Source of the DNA: Mobula hypostoma
Lineage: Eukaryota
Reading direction: 5' to 3'
Assembly (NCBI RefSeq): GCF_963921235.1
Contig: NC_086100.1
Span: 156,674,001 to 156,738,000 of the forward strand
Length of the DNA stretch: 64,000 nt
A model generated the notes under the pieces. It was not told where the DNA came from. It saw only the letters and a program-made list of their open reading frames with translations, and ran no database searches. Both the position numbers and the translations under genes were made by a program. Below, piece by piece: positions 12,746 to 26,207 of this stretch; positions within the stretch are counted from its first letter, which is position 1; each line of letters begins with the position of its first letter.

Positions 12746-13180
12746 ATGCCAGAATTAGACAAGAGTAATGAGCAAGGGAAGTTGCTTTAACTGTGAAGTT
12801 CAGAACTGTTACTAAAATTCTGAAACAAAAGTGCTGGAACTATGCAGCAACTCAAAAAGCTAAATCAATGTTACAGGTAACCTTAACCAGATCTGGCCAA
12901 CCTTGGTCTCTTACTTCTCCGCAAAGATTCCCTTTCTTCTCTCCACATATGAACATTCCTGAAATTTGCAGCTTGTTTTCTCACTTTTAAAATTCTGGTA
13001 AAAGGTCTTTGGCCTGAAGTGATGACCCTGTTTCTTACTCTGCACTGATGCAGCTTGAACTGCTGAGTGGTTCTCGCAGGGTTTTTCTTTTCCTTTCAGA
13101 TGTCCAGCATATTTTGGTTTCAATTTTATACAAAAAATTGACACTAACATATCATTATTCAGTACCTATACATCACTAAC

Positions 13181-13292
13181 CTTTGCATGCCACTAATGTG
13201 GGAATCAGGAACCATCTGTGCTAAATGTTGCATCTCACGGGCAATAGAGATCAGATTAGACCTTAAAAAAAGAGTTGGGAGCAACTTCTGGT
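13181..13292 (-). CDS. WRN: WRN exon 8 (coiled-coil region)
   Basis: DQKLLPTLFLRSNLISIAREMQHLAQMVPDSHISGMQR (human LTSISEEVMDLAKHLP). Phase 1 in, phase 2 out, strong splice sites. Confidence 0.88.
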
Positions 13293-13773
13293 CTGGAAGA
13301 TAGAAAAGAAAGAAATTATCACCTGGAAAAAATATTGCAGAAAGTGTATTTATTTATCAAATAACAGCCACATCAGGTACAGAGTTCATCCTAATCTAAC
13401 ACTAAACACATGGTCTCACAACCACTCAAGCAAATGTTGTGTGACATCACGGTTAACTATGAAAAAGGTAAATATAAATCATCAATAAATTCATGAGACA
13501 GGATCATGGAAGATAACCTATCAATAAACAGGAAAAAAAATTAATATTAATGCTATATGTGCATTAGACTTTTTACACTATTCTAATCAAAATTCATTGA
13601 ACTGTGCAACACACAGCTATTAATAATGGTAATCACAAAGGAGTTGAAAAACAAGCCTGATTGAAGGAGAAACCATAAAGTCTTCCCAGGAGTAAAAGAA
13701 CTCAGCAAGCTTCAGAAAGTGCAGCTACCAACAAATATCAATTGGACAATATATCCACTCATATTCAACTTAC

Positions 13774-13846
13774 CATCTTTATTATGAAGCTGCTTTCCTC
13801 TGCCAACATCCAAACTACTTAATTTTTGATAAATTAGAAGACCAGC
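13774..13846 (-). CDS. WRN: WRN exon 7
   Basis: AGLLIYQKLSSLDVGRGKQLHNKD (human AGFIIYRNLEILD). ttttcccag acceptor, gtaagt donor, 73 nt. Confidence 0.9.
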
Positions 13847-15355
13847 CTGGGAAAATAAAGAAGACAAATTAATGTTGTTTTTGCCATCTATAAAATATCA
13901 CCATAGGAGACCAAAAGACAACAAATTTAACCCTTTGTTAACTTCAGTGATATGACAAACATCAGCAAATCATAGTACTGGAATGGTGCTGAATTCAATA
14001 CTATGCTCAAATAGCAAAGCACAAAAAAGACAACGGTTTAGCAAAGGAGCCAAACATAAGATGCTCCTTTCATCTGGCGAGACAGAGACCAGGGGACAAA
14101 GATTTAAGATACTCGATAATGCACAAGAAGGGAATGTCAAGAAGACATTCTTATCTTAGTAAATAGTAATTATCTCAAATTGCTTGCTTGTAAGGGTTGT
14201 GGAAAATGTATAAAAATATAATGGGAAGGCACTTGAAGGGGTAAATACACTTACAGAAATATAGGGTAGAACAAAGTAATGGATTGACAGGAATTCTCTC
14301 AGAGAGCCAGCATGAACTTATTGGGCCATGGTGCTATAGATTCTATAAAAAAAGAAATTTAAGAAATGTATGACAATTCATAACTTACCTATTCAGTGCT
14401 TATTAAAAGGATCACCCCCAAAAAAAACTCAGTTCTCTAAATCTGGGTTTCATTCTTCACAGATTTGACCTAAATACTGTGAACTAGCTTACCACAGAAA
14501 GCTTGGACTAACTAATATCCCACCCTTCAACAATACCACTCTGAAACCAGGTACATGAAGCTTTGCAAGGCCAAAATAGTTCACTTCCCTGCTCCCTTTA
14601 CATAACTTCCTTTCGCCCTAGTGAAATGTTATATGGGTTCTCTATAGCCACATCGAATTGACATGAAAATCAAGCACATAGATAATTTGGCCCACAACTC
14701 CCTAGTAGTTGAAGTGGTAACATAGTTAGGCCATTGGGTACAACCTTTGGATAACATCTTAGCTTTTTCTAAATCACAACTCTGATTTCTCAAAATTTCA
14801 CCTTACACAACAAGCACTGCATTGGAAGCAAGATACTCAGATAAACAAGCCATCATGCAAATAGCATTCTATACCACATCCTGAGGTGTTCAGGAACAAA
14901 AAATGGTTACTTCCTCCATCAGCAAAGTACCTAGCCTTTCCACATAGCTTCCTATCAATGTGACGTAAATTAGAATCAAGCAAACAAATTAAAGTTATAC
15001 AAATCAGAAACTCTTCACCAGGTACTCAGGTTCAAATCTGATGACAGTGTAGAATTTGCACATTCTCCAGGTTTCCTTCCACAACTCAAAGATGATCTGA
15101 TAGTGAAATAGAAACTGTATAAGTACCCCTTAGAGAAGTAAGTAGTAAAAGAACCAAAAGGAAATTTGATGGGCATATGAGGAAGAATAAGTTATAGGTC
15201 TGTCAAAAATAAGAGGGGGAATTGATTGCTATGTTGAGAGCCAGCAAACCTGAAGGGTCAAATGCCACCTCCTTCTGTCATTATTTTTTTAAAGCACAAG
15301 GTTATGGACCAAAACAGGTTGATAAGAGATGGGACAGATCAACTATAACCTAAGT

Positions 15356-15429
15356 CAGGGGTTCCCAACCTTTTTTTTATACCATGGACCCTACCATTAA
15401 CCCCATGGACCCCAGGATGGGAACCCCTG
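15356..15429. mobile_element. 74-bp hAT MITE
   Basis: TIRs CAGGGGTTCCCAACC / GGATGGGAACCCCTG; TSD ACCTAAGT / ATCTAAAT. Confidence 0.75.
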
Positions 15430-15552
15430 ATCTAAATGAACAGCAATTAGACTCAGGGGCTAAATCTCTTCCTATTTCTCTTTTCCACTGAGTAGCGTAG
15501 AACTGCTTTATCTCATAATTCATTGCTAGACATAATTTGATATTTTAGTTTA

Positions 15553-18500
15553 TGTAGGAGCCATCTATCTACTTTGTCTTTATTGTATTTGACGTTGTGC
15601 ATTTCTATTATGGGTTACGGTAATTTGTCACAGGGGTTTGGGTGTGGCAGAAGCAAATGAGTATAGTCACATATTCACCCTTTGCTTTTGTTTAGTCAGA
15701 GTGGGGAATGGAAATGTTTTGTCGACTGCTAATCTCACTATCGCTACTTTAGTTATTAATCGCTAATTTGGATTGTCTTTGTCCCTCATCTTTGCTTTTT
15801 TTTGTAATAAAGGATTGAGTGCACTTTCTTTAACTTGGAACTCAGTTATTTGGAAGTGCGTCACCTAGTGCTAATTCCCTCACTCAGTCTCTCGGTGGTT
15901 TTAGTTTGGTTTTCAAATAGCTGTTACATTTTGGCAACAAGAAGTAGTTATACCAAAGGAACACCAGTTTACAGCAAAGGATTGCCTCAGACCTGCTGGC
16001 AAAATTGGAATTGCAACACCAAGAAGCTGGCAACAGGAGCGGCTTGCGGTAGGATTATTTATGACCTTATGTTGATTCATGCTGTGCATTTGTGACTTGA
16101 ACAGTTCTGAACGGTCATCACTGTCTGTCCATTGGAGACCATTGCTCAATCATGTGGTATTTGCCAGAGAGGTCGTCGCCTTGTTTTACTGAAGTGCTGA
16201 AATATTCTCCTGGTTGCTGAGATTGGGCTGGTTCAAGCATTGGGGATGTCGGGGCAGTTTGTTTGTTGCCTATGTTTATTGAAAGGTGTATCACCAGTGC
16301 GCTTTGTGAAAGTAATATGACTGAATCAAAGCATGGAACTGATATCAGTGACCCTGAAGTCAGGGCTGGCATAAGAGGAATTAAACTTGCTGCCAAAGCT
16401 AAATCAAATAGAATTGCAAATCTTCAAAGAGTATAAAACAAATATGAACAAAATTAAAGTTTTAATACCATCATTTATGGAACTTATGAAAAATAATGAA
16501 AATGTGCTACAAGTGCAATCTCATTTGGATAATTTGACTAATCTCTGTTAAACTGTTGCTAAGCAACATCAAATACTGATTACTTTCCAAGGGCGAACAA
16601 GAAAAATAGAATGAAGGTTTCTTAAGCATTGATAGCTATAGCCATGCATTCAGAAGTGTGAAATAATGGCTGACCCAAGCATTTTACATTGAAGATCATG
16701 TTGCTGTAATAAGTGAATATATGCCTTACTTTCCAACAGGCAATGTTTCTCAAATTCCAAGGTATGTTTTAACTACACATATAATAGAGGATTCACAAGA
16801 TGATGTGAAACTGAGCAGCAGTGTGGCAAATGCCAACACTCAAAGCTCAGTTGCAAGAAGAAAATCTTTGTCAACTATCTCCTGGGCACGATTTAAAACA
16901 GAGGCTGATTTAGCTGCATTAAAGGTACATCAACAATTATTGAAGGACAAACATGCTGGAGGAGCAAGTGGAACAGCTCCAGAAAAGGAAGTATGAAGCT
17001 AAATTTGCAGGAAGAAATTGCCACACTGGTAGCCAAAGTTAAGGCACTAAAGAATTTAAGTGCAATGTTAAAAGTGCTCCAGCAAAATAGTCCTGTGGTG
17101 TGAGTTTCTACATTGAAAAGGCACAAAGAATATCAACCCTCAAGAGGTAGTTCAAGGTGTTTACTCTCAGCCTGCACTATCGAGGCATTCTGAACTTATG
17201 CTGCATCCAACAGCTCAAAGTGCTCATGTGGACATTCACTTGCATTTATTAGCATGGAAACACTCTTGGTTCAGACAGTAGAGGTCAAAACAATATAACT
17301 GATATTATGAGGAAGCAAAATAAAATATCAACATTATTAGCACAACAACTCCTTTCATCTTTGCCTAAGAGATTCAAATTTACAATGGTGATGCACTGCA
17401 GAATTATGCATTCATGAGGGCCTTTGAGAATAATGTTGAAAGCAAGAATGACAGCCATATAGAACTTGTCAAAAGTTGCCAATATGTGGACCCTTGGATG
17501 TTAAGGCTAGGGATTAACTACAGAAATATTTTTGTAAAATTGCATCTGCCTACATGCAAAAAGCTCTTTCCTGGGTACCTATCAAATCTGAAAACGAGAA
17601 AGCTCTTCAAGACTTGTCTTTATCTTAGAAGTTGTTGCAATAGCATTGAAGTATAGTACATGTGTGAGCTGGACATACCTGCCAGTATGACAATTGTAGT
17701 AAAGAAACCACCCTATAAGCTCAGGGATAAATGGAGAACTGTGGTCTGTGACTGCAAGAAAGACAAAACTATAAGACTACTTTCGTTGACATTGTTGATT
17801 TTATTGAAAGGCAAGTAAAGATTGCTACAGATCCAGTGTTTGGGAATATACAGGATGCTCCATCACAGTCAATAAGCAAAGGTGTGAACAAAACTAAGTC
17901 ACAATTTTGTTCTAAAGTTACAGGAAGCAGGGTTGCCACTACTGTGACCACTGTGAGCAGTAAAGCTAAAACCAAACCTAGAACTAATGGAAGGGTTGAT
18001 TTGTTCTACAAGGGTGAACACACAGTAGATTTGTGCCCTAAGCTGGAGAAGAGGGCTCATAGCGAGAAGACTGCCTTGCTAAAGGAAAATGGTGTCTGCT
18101 TTGGCTGTTAGTGTAAAGGACACATCAGCAAAGATTGCAGTTTTAATCATCCCAGCATACTTCATACTTGCTCTAACAACAAGGGGGCAGAATCAAAACA
18201 AACTGTGAAAGAACCAGCCACAGAGTAATTAGGATAGTGCCCTGGTATCCAATGGCCTCACAGGGGTTGGCGATCAGGATTGTAAACTTCCCACTGTTCC
18301 AGTACAAGTGACGTCTAAGAAGAGCAACAAGACAATGGTTACTTATGCTTTCCTATATCAAGGGAATACAACAGTTTCTGCACGGTAGGCCTCATGAACA
18401 ACCTCAACCTTGCAGGAAAAAAGACACACATTCTCTTACACACCATGGGTCAAGAGAAGATAATGAGTAGCTACATTGTTTCAGGATTGGAACTGGCTGA

Positions 18501-21500
18501 CTTAGATAGTGAAAACTATTGTGAACTACGTAACATCTATACACAGAAACGTATGCCTGTCCACAAAGGGAACATTCCACGACAGAGGGATCTCCAGGGA
18601 TGGTCTCACCTGAAACAAGTCCATTTGCTAGAGACTGATTTGGAAATTAAGCTGCTGATAAGGATAAATGTGCCTAAAGTATTAGCACCTTTGCAAGTGA
18701 CTTGCAGTGTTAATAATGGACCTTATGTGATTAGAACAATGTTGGGTTCGACGGTGAATGGACCACTGAAAGCAGACAACAGTGATCGGAGAGACGATGC
18801 AGAGCCAGAGCTGACAGGTAACAGGATCTCAGCTTTGAACTTGGATGAGCTTTGGCAGCAACATTTTAAGGAAGACCCTTGAATGCAGTCAGGATGAACA
18901 ACCTGGTTTGTCAAGAGACTACCACAAATTCACGGAGCTGGTCGCAAACTCTGCAAAACCGGTGGACTGCCAAAGTTTACCTTTGAGAAAAAGAGGTTAA
19001 CATGCCAACTAACAGGATGATTGCAGAACAGCGTACTCTAGATCTAAGGTAGAAGTTTAAGAGGGATTTGTCATTTCATAGTGACTACACAGCTTTCATG
19101 AAGGGTGTCGTCTGCAAAGATTATGCCAAAAGAGTGACAGTACAGGAACTGGAACTCAGCGATGGGAAAGTCTATTATATTCCATATCATGAAGAATTTG
19201 GAGTTGGATCAAGATAGACCTTTGGTGAGAGAGCACTGAGTGTGCGTGCAATGGTACATCCAGTCCGGTAATTTCAAGCTTAAGATCACAATCCAAGGTA
19301 GACCACTCACCAGAAGGGGGAATATTCTCCAGTTAGTTCCATCTATCAGCCTTTTAGAAATCTTGAGTCCAATGGTACTAACTGCTAAGAAGATCTTACA
19401 GATCTATGTAAGAAAGAGCTTGGCTGGCATGACACTATACCAATATCATTTGCTCGTGTGTGGACAAACTGGCTGGAAGAACTTTGCCAGCTGGAAGATT
19501 TCAACATTGTTAGATGTTTGAAGCCCCTGGATTTTGGAGAAGTTACTGCTACGCAGTTACACCACTTTACAGATGCAAGCAAAGTTGGCTATGGAGCAGT
19601 AACCTACCTGTTGTTGCACAACACACGTTCTCAGGTGCACAATGCTTTTATTGTGGGAAAATCTAGGGTAGACCCATTGAGGTCAGTTTCCATGCCTCAT
19701 ATGGAGCTCACTGTTGCTAAAATGGCAAGCCATATTAGATTAGATTATGAGGACACGCAGTCCTCTTTTATTGTCATTTAGTAATGCATGCATTAAGAAA
19801 TGATACAATGTTCCCCCAGAATGATATCACAGAAACACAAGACAAACCAAGACTAAAAAAAACTGACAAAGACCACATAATTATAACATATAGTTACAAC
19901 AGTGCAAAGCAATGCCGTAATTTGATAAAGAACAGACCATGGGCACGGTAAAAAAAAAGTCTCAAAGTCTCTCAGAAGTTCCATCATCTCACGCAGACGG
20001 TAGAAGGAAGAGAAACTCTCTTCCTGCCATGAACTTCCAGCGCCGCAAACTTGCCGATGCAGCACCCTGGAAGCACCCGACCACAGCCGACTCTGGAGTC
20101 CGTCCGAAAACTTCGAGCCTCCAACCAGCCCTCTGACACCGAGCACCATCTCTGCCAAGCACTTCGACCTCGGCCCCGGCAACAGGCAATAGGCAAAGCC
20201 GAGGATTTGGGGCCTTCCCCTCCGGAGATTCTCGATCGCACAGTAGCAACGGCAGCGAAGCAGGCATTTCAGAAGTTTCTCCAGATGTTCCTCCGTGCTT
20301 CTCACGTCTGTCTCCATCAAATCAGGACTGTGCACGGTACCTACTTACAGATACAATATCATTTCGGAGCGGACGCATGCGCTGCGTCGCACCATCTTTT
20401 CCTCCTCCTGGTGGACACATCGTGGAGGAAAAAGCTGCACATGCAGCTTCATGACTCAGTATATTGGATTAATTGCATTTCTGTACTGAAGTATAGCAAG
20501 ACTTAAACTCCCAGCTTTTGAACCTTTGGTACAGAGTTTCAGAAATTCTTAAGGTCTCACAGACATCTCAGTGAAGATATGTAAACATTTCAAGTAAGTT
20601 AGTCACATCTCTAGAAGCCAGATGTGGCCTCTAGAGGTTTGAAGGTGGAAACATTCCTGAAGAAGGAAGGGCTTAGCTTGAAAATCCGGATTGTTCTGAA
20701 GAACACCTGCTAGATGATCTGGAATTCAAGAGGAATATTACAATGAATGCTGTGCAGACTAAAAAGGTGGATGCAGTAACATGTATAATTCATTACTTCT
20801 TGTCTTGGGCCTGTTTGAGAAAGACATTGGCCTGTATCCTCAAGATTTAAGAACCTGCTCTTGTTTCTTATACAGAAGAGGAAGCAATTGAGCATGGCTC
20901 TTGCTCAGTCCGACTTGGATGAAGAACAACAAGGATTTTTTTTTGGAGAAGGAGAGATGGAAAGGGACAAAGGTCAGATTGGCCAATATTATTTATCATG
21001 GAGGAGCTCAGAAAGACTAAAATAGAGATCACTGGGTTTTTCCAAAGAAAGATTTCCAGATGATTTCTCAAGTTTGCGAAGAAGAGAAAGTGTGAAAAGA
21101 AAAAGCCATTATTTTCAAACTCAATCCAGTACTTGAAGATGGTGTCTTGAGATTTGGTGGATGGCTTAGTAGGGCATTAATGATCGAATAATCTAAACAT
21201 CCTGTTATACTGGCAAAGAATCTCCATATCTCAGTCATCCTTCTGAGGCATATACAACGTGGGACACGTTGTCCATGTTGCGCCAAAAATACTTGATTCA
21301 CAGCAGTAGTAATGCTAAAAGAAGAATCCTGTCTAAGTGTGTTGTTTGTCGATAACTGCACATAGCTCCAGGGTGCCAGCACACTACAGATCTACCTCAG
21401 CACAGGTTCCCTCCACATGAATCTATGTTTATACATGTAGAAGTGGACTACTTTGGACCTTTTGAGATGAAGCGCAGAAGGAGTACTTACCCCAATTACG

Positions 21501-22361
21501 GAAACGTCAGAAATAGTCAGGAATAACATTAATTTCCTCCCAGGAGACATTGTGCTTATAGTTGATGTCACAGCACCTTGCAACTCATGGATCAATGGGA
21601 AGAGTCATTCAAGTCTTTCCAGACAGAAGAGGATTTGTGCAGCAGGTGTGCATTGAAGACGAAGACCAGCTGTCTGGACTGACCCATGAACAAGATCTGT
21701 CTTTTACAGAAGGCAGAGGTTTGAGGAACTACAAGCCCTAGAAGCTTCACTCAGTTTGGTTGTTTGACTTCATGACTTTGACTTGTCTTACTGACTTGAC
21801 AGATCACTCTATACTGGGCTTAGTGATAATAACCTCTGGCCCAGAGGACTGTTACATGACTTGTCTTGAAGAAGAAAGAAGAAGGTGGACATTTACATAA
21901 ACGTTAAGATGTTTACACTTGAAGATTTAATGTCGCCCATTTTTGTAGTATTGTAGTTGTAATTATTACATCGTAATAATTAGCGGCTGGGATGTCGGAG
22001 CCATCAATCTATTTTCTGTCTAACTGCATTGTATTTTGTATTGTGCATTTTTATTTTGCATTACGGTAAGTTGTCGGGGGGGGTGTGGCCGTGGTAGAGG
22101 TAAATGAGTATAGTCATGTATTCATCCTTTGCGTTAGTTTAGTCAGAGTGGGGAATGGATAATTTTTGTAAACCGCTAATCTTGCCTTCGCTACGTCAGT
22201 TTTGTTAGTTTTTAATTGTTATTTTTCATCATTTGCCTTTACTGGTTTTGTAATAAAGAATCAAATGTACTTTTTTCAACTTGGAACTCAGTTATTTGGA
22301 AGCACTTCACACAGTGTGAATCCCTTCACCCAGTCTCTCAGAGGTTTTGGTTTAATTTTCA
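15553..22361 (+). mobile_element. Full-length degenerate BEL/Pao LTR retrotransposon in WRN intron 6
   Basis: Related LTRs at 15553-15915 and 21993-22361 (TG...CA), polypurine tract (PPT)-like sequence before the 3' LTR. Gag zinc knuckle (ENGVCFGC), protease region, Pao RNase H (QLHHFTDASKVGYGAVTYL), integrase remnants (VDYFGPF). Many stops and frameshifts. Confidence 0.92.
19734..20408 (-). mobile_element. Non-autonomous retroposon, copy 2, inserted in BEL pol
   Basis: Same family as 1043-1729. Interrupts the BEL RNase H coding region after ...ELTVAKMAS. Confidence 0.85.
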
Positions 22362-22795
22362 TATGGGGAGTATTTGATGGCTCTGGGCATGTACTTGTAG
22401 GAGTTTAGAAGACGGAGAGAGGATCTCATTGGAATATTGAATGTTGAAAGGCCTAGATAGAATGGACATGGACAGGATGTTTCCTATAGTAGGACAGTCT
22501 TGGACCAGAGGGCACAGCCTCAGAATACAAGGACATCCCTTCAGAACAGAGATAAGGCAGAATTTCTTTAGCCAGAAGATGGTGAATCTGTGGAATTCAT
22601 TGTCAGGGATAGTTGTGGAGGAGAAGTCAGTGGTATATTTAAAGCAGACGTTGACAGGTTCTTGGTTAGTAAAGGTATCAAAGACGCATTGAAGAAGGCA
22701 GGAGAATAGGTTTGAAGTAATAGATCAGCCATGAAAAAATGGCAGAGCACATTCAATAGGCTGAATGGCCTAACTGTGCTCCTACGTCTTATGGT
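22362..22795 (+). mobile_element. CR1 LINE 3' end
   Basis: MLKGLDRMDMDRMFP...TRGHSLRI...FFSQKMVNLWNSL, followed by a CR1 3' UTR ending in TCTTATGG. Confidence 0.88.
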
Positions 22796-22930
22796 TTAAA
22801 AAGACTTAATTGCTCAATTTCCAATTACTGTAAACTAAATAAAACTAAATATTTGAAATAAAGCTATTATAATGAAATACAAATACAAAATATTACGTTG
22901 CAGGGTATTTATAACGAAGCATATACATAC

Positions 22931-23080
22931 GTAGGCATCGACTGCTGCATACTGCTGCTGCTGATTGTTAAGTGGAAATGTATCCCAGTTGCTACAGCGG
23001 ACAGCTGTATCCTTCCACAGCTGTTTACCACACAGGTGTTTCACCAAACCATTTAGGCTCCACGTCTCTGCACAAGTTAA
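22931..23080 (-). CDS. WRN: WRN exon 6, exonuclease motif III
   Basis: [50 protein letters not shown], with YxxxD intact. 150 nt, AG/GT. Confidence 0.96.
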
Positions 23081-23339
23081 CTGGATTACATTACAGAAAA
23101 CATGTTTCAGGTCCAAAGCAGAGACCTCACAAACTGTTTCAAAGTAATTTCTACCCAGCTTAGTAACAATAAAAATAGAAAAATAAAATTCAGACACTTC
23201 TCAAAAAGAAGACAACCAAAGTTTCTTTAAATGAACTTCATCTTACATCAATAAACAAGGCAACTGTAGACAATCACATTTCAAGTAACTCAGAAACAAT
23301 TAAAAGTTAACCTAGAAGGGAACTAGATGTATTAAATTT

Positions 23340-23830
23340 GGCCATCACTGACTACTCAACACTGAAAAGATCCCTTTTTAACTTCACACGCTGTAAATAG
23401 GTGTAACGATGGGAACATTTGTATCCAAGTTATAAGTGGGACCAGAGAGTAAAAAACCAAATAACCCAAAGAATTTTCTAAATTGTAATCAAATCCTCAA
23501 AGAATGTTTAACTACATAATTATCAGTTAAACTACTTAAGGGTAGAAGAATTGAAGAACCAAGAAGAGAAATAATAGAAAATTTATTAACAGAATTAACT
23601 TCTGAAGAAACCCAAACCAGACAGTCTTCACAATTAATATAGTGTAACCAAAATGTAAAGTAGTGTATGTTGACTGCCCAGTAGCAAAACCTAAAATTGG
23701 GTAGAGCTAATCCCCCATTTTTAGTTTTCTGAAGATGAACTTTATTTAATCGGGGCATGGGGAGTTTATTCTTCCATAAGTAAGAAGATATAATCAAGTC
23801 TAAAGGTCAAAAAAGGATTTAGGAATAAAA
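23340..23830 (-). mobile_element. L1/Tx1-type LINE ORF2 fragment
   Basis: IISSYLWKNK...GGLALPNFRFCYWA motif (ORF 23489-23797). Confidence 0.75.
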
Positions 23831-23833
23831 GCA

Positions 23834-26207
23834 ACATACATCAAAGTTGCTGGTGAACGCAGCAGGCCAAGCAGCATCTGTAGGAAGAGGTGCAGTCGAC
23901 GTTTCAGGCCGAGACCCTTCGTCAGGACTAACTGAAGGAAGAGCGAGTAAGGGATTTGAAAGTAGGAGGGGGAGGGGGAGATCCAAAATGATAGGAGAAG
24001 ACAGGAGGGGGAGGGATAGAGCCGAGAGCTGGATAGGTGATAGGCAAAAGGGGATACGAGAGGATCATGGGACGGGAGGTCCAGGAAGAAAGACAAGGAG
24101 GGGGGGGTGACCCAGAGGATGGGCAAGAGGTATATTCAGAGGGACAGAGGGAGAAAAAGGAGAGTGAGAGAAAGAATGTGTGCATAAAACTGAGTAACAG
24201 ATGGGGTACGAGGGGGAGGTGGGGCCTTAGCGGAAGTTAGAGAAGTCGATGTTCACGCCATCAGGTTGGAGGCTACCCAGACGGAATATAAGGTGTTGTT
24301 CCTCCAACCTGAGTGTGGCTTCATCTTTACAGTAGAGGAGGTCGTGGATAGACATGTCAGAATGGGAATGGGATGTGGAATTAAAATGTGTGGCCACTGG
24401 GAGATCCTGCTTTCTCTGGCGGACAGAGCGTAGATGTTCAGCAAAGCGGTCTCCCAGTCTGCGTCGGGTCTCGCCAATATATAAAAGGCCACATCGGGAG
24501 CACCGGACGCAGTATATCACCCCAGTTGACTCACAGGTGAAGTGATGCCTCACCTGGAAGGACTGTTTGGGGCCCTGAATGGTGGTAAGGGAGGAAGTGT
24601 AAGGGCATGTGTAGCACTTGTTCCGCTTACACGGATAAGTGCCAGGAGGGAGATCAGTGGGGAGGGATGGGGGGGACGAATGGACAAGGGAGTTGTGTAG
24701 GGAGCGATCCCTGCAGAATGCAGAGAGAGGCGGGGAGGGAAAGATGTGCTTAGTGGTGGGATCCCGTTGGAGGTGGCGGAAGTTACGGAGAATAATATGT
24801 TGGACCCGGAGGCTGGTGGGGTGGTAGGTGAGGACCAGGGGAACCCTATTCCTAGTGGGGTGGCGGGAGGATGGAGTGAGAGCAGATGTACGTGAAATGG
24901 GGGAGATGCGTTTAAGAGCAGAGTTGATAGTGGAGGAAGGGAAGCCCCTTTCTTTAAAAAAGGAAGACATCTCCCTCGTCCTAGAATGAAAAGCCTCATC
25001 CTGAGAGCAGATGCGGCGGAGACGGAGGAATTGCGAGAAGGGGATGGCGTTTTTGCAAGAGACAGGGTGAGAAGAGGAATAGTCCAGATAGCTGTGAGAG
25101 TCAGTGGGCTTATAGTAGACATCAGTGGATAAGCTGTCTCCAGAGACAGAGACAGAAAGATCTAGAAAGGGGAGGGAGGTGTCGGAAATGGACCAGGTAA
25201 ACTTGAGGGCAGGGTGAAAGTTGGAGGCAAAGTTAATAAAGTCAACGAGTTCTGCATGCGTGCAGGAAGCAGCGCCAATGCAGTCGTCGATGTAGCGAAG
25301 GAAAAGTGGGGGACAGATACCAGAATAGGCACGGAACATAGATTGTTCCACAAACCCAACAAAAAGGCAGGCATAGCTAGGACCCATACGGGTGCCCATA
25401 GCTACACCTTTAGTTTGGAGGAAGTGGGAGGAGCCAAAGGAGAAATTATTAAGAGTAAGGACTAATTCCACTAGACGGAGCAAAGTGGTGGTAGAGGGGA
25501 ACTGATTAGGTCTGGAATCCAAAAAGCGTAGAGCTTTTAGACCTTCCTGATGGGGAATGGAAGTATATAAGGACTGGACATCCATGGTGAAAATAAAGCG
25601 GTGGGGGCCAGGGAACTTAAAATCATCAAAAAGTTTAAGAGCGTGAGAAGTGTCACGAACATAGGTCGGAAGGGATTGAACAAGGGGTGATAAAACAGTG
25701 TCGAGGTATGCAGAAATGAGTTCGGTGGGGCAGGAGCAAGCTGAGACAATAGGTCGGCCAGGACAGGCAGGGTTGTGGATCTTGGGTAGGAGGTAGTAAC
25801 GGGAAGTGCGGGGTGTGGGAACTATAAGGTTGGTAGCAGTGGATGGGAGATCCCCTGAGCGGATAAAGTCGGCTCTGGTCTTCTGCCTGCTCTGGATCTC
25901 TTTATTGCTAACTGCCGACGGGACATCAACCGTCTCGACTTCACCACACCTTGTCCCCATTCCAACCTCACTCCTTCGGAACGCTCTGCTCTCCACTCCC
26001 TCCGCACTAATCCTAACCTTATTATTAAACCCGCCGATAAGGGGGGGTGCTGTTGTAGTCTAGCGTACTGACCTCTACCTTGCCGAGGCACAGCGACAAT
26101 TCGCGGATACCTCCTCTTATTTACCCCTCGATCGTGACCCCACTAAGGAGCACCAGGCCATTGTCTCCCACACCATCACCGACTTTATCCGCTCAGGGGA
26201 TCTCCCA
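23834..26207 (-). mobile_element. Young Penelope-like retroelement (RT + GIY-YIG endonuclease) with an inverted 5' segment
   Basis: Uninterrupted frame from about 25872 to 24227: YLLPKIH, GRPIVS, MDVQSLYTSIP, GVAMG, RYIDD; endonuclease VIYCVRC-LYIGET-R-E-N. Upstream RT sequence (IIKPADKG) lies on the opposite strand at 25874-26207. The 3' UTR carries a hammerhead motif. Confidence 0.95.
23893..23930 (-). ncRNA. Minimal type I hammerhead ribozyme motif
   Basis: - strand: tagtc CTGACGA agggtctcggcct GAAAC GTC gactg. Full catalytic core, stem I AGTC/GACT, stem II AGG/CCT, GUC cleavage triplet. Confidence 0.8.

Noticed and set aside
25873-25996. N-terminal ~41 aa of the 589-aa ORF as a genuine protein start
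   Set aside because: It is the antisense reading of the inverted RT segment, fused in frame by chance.
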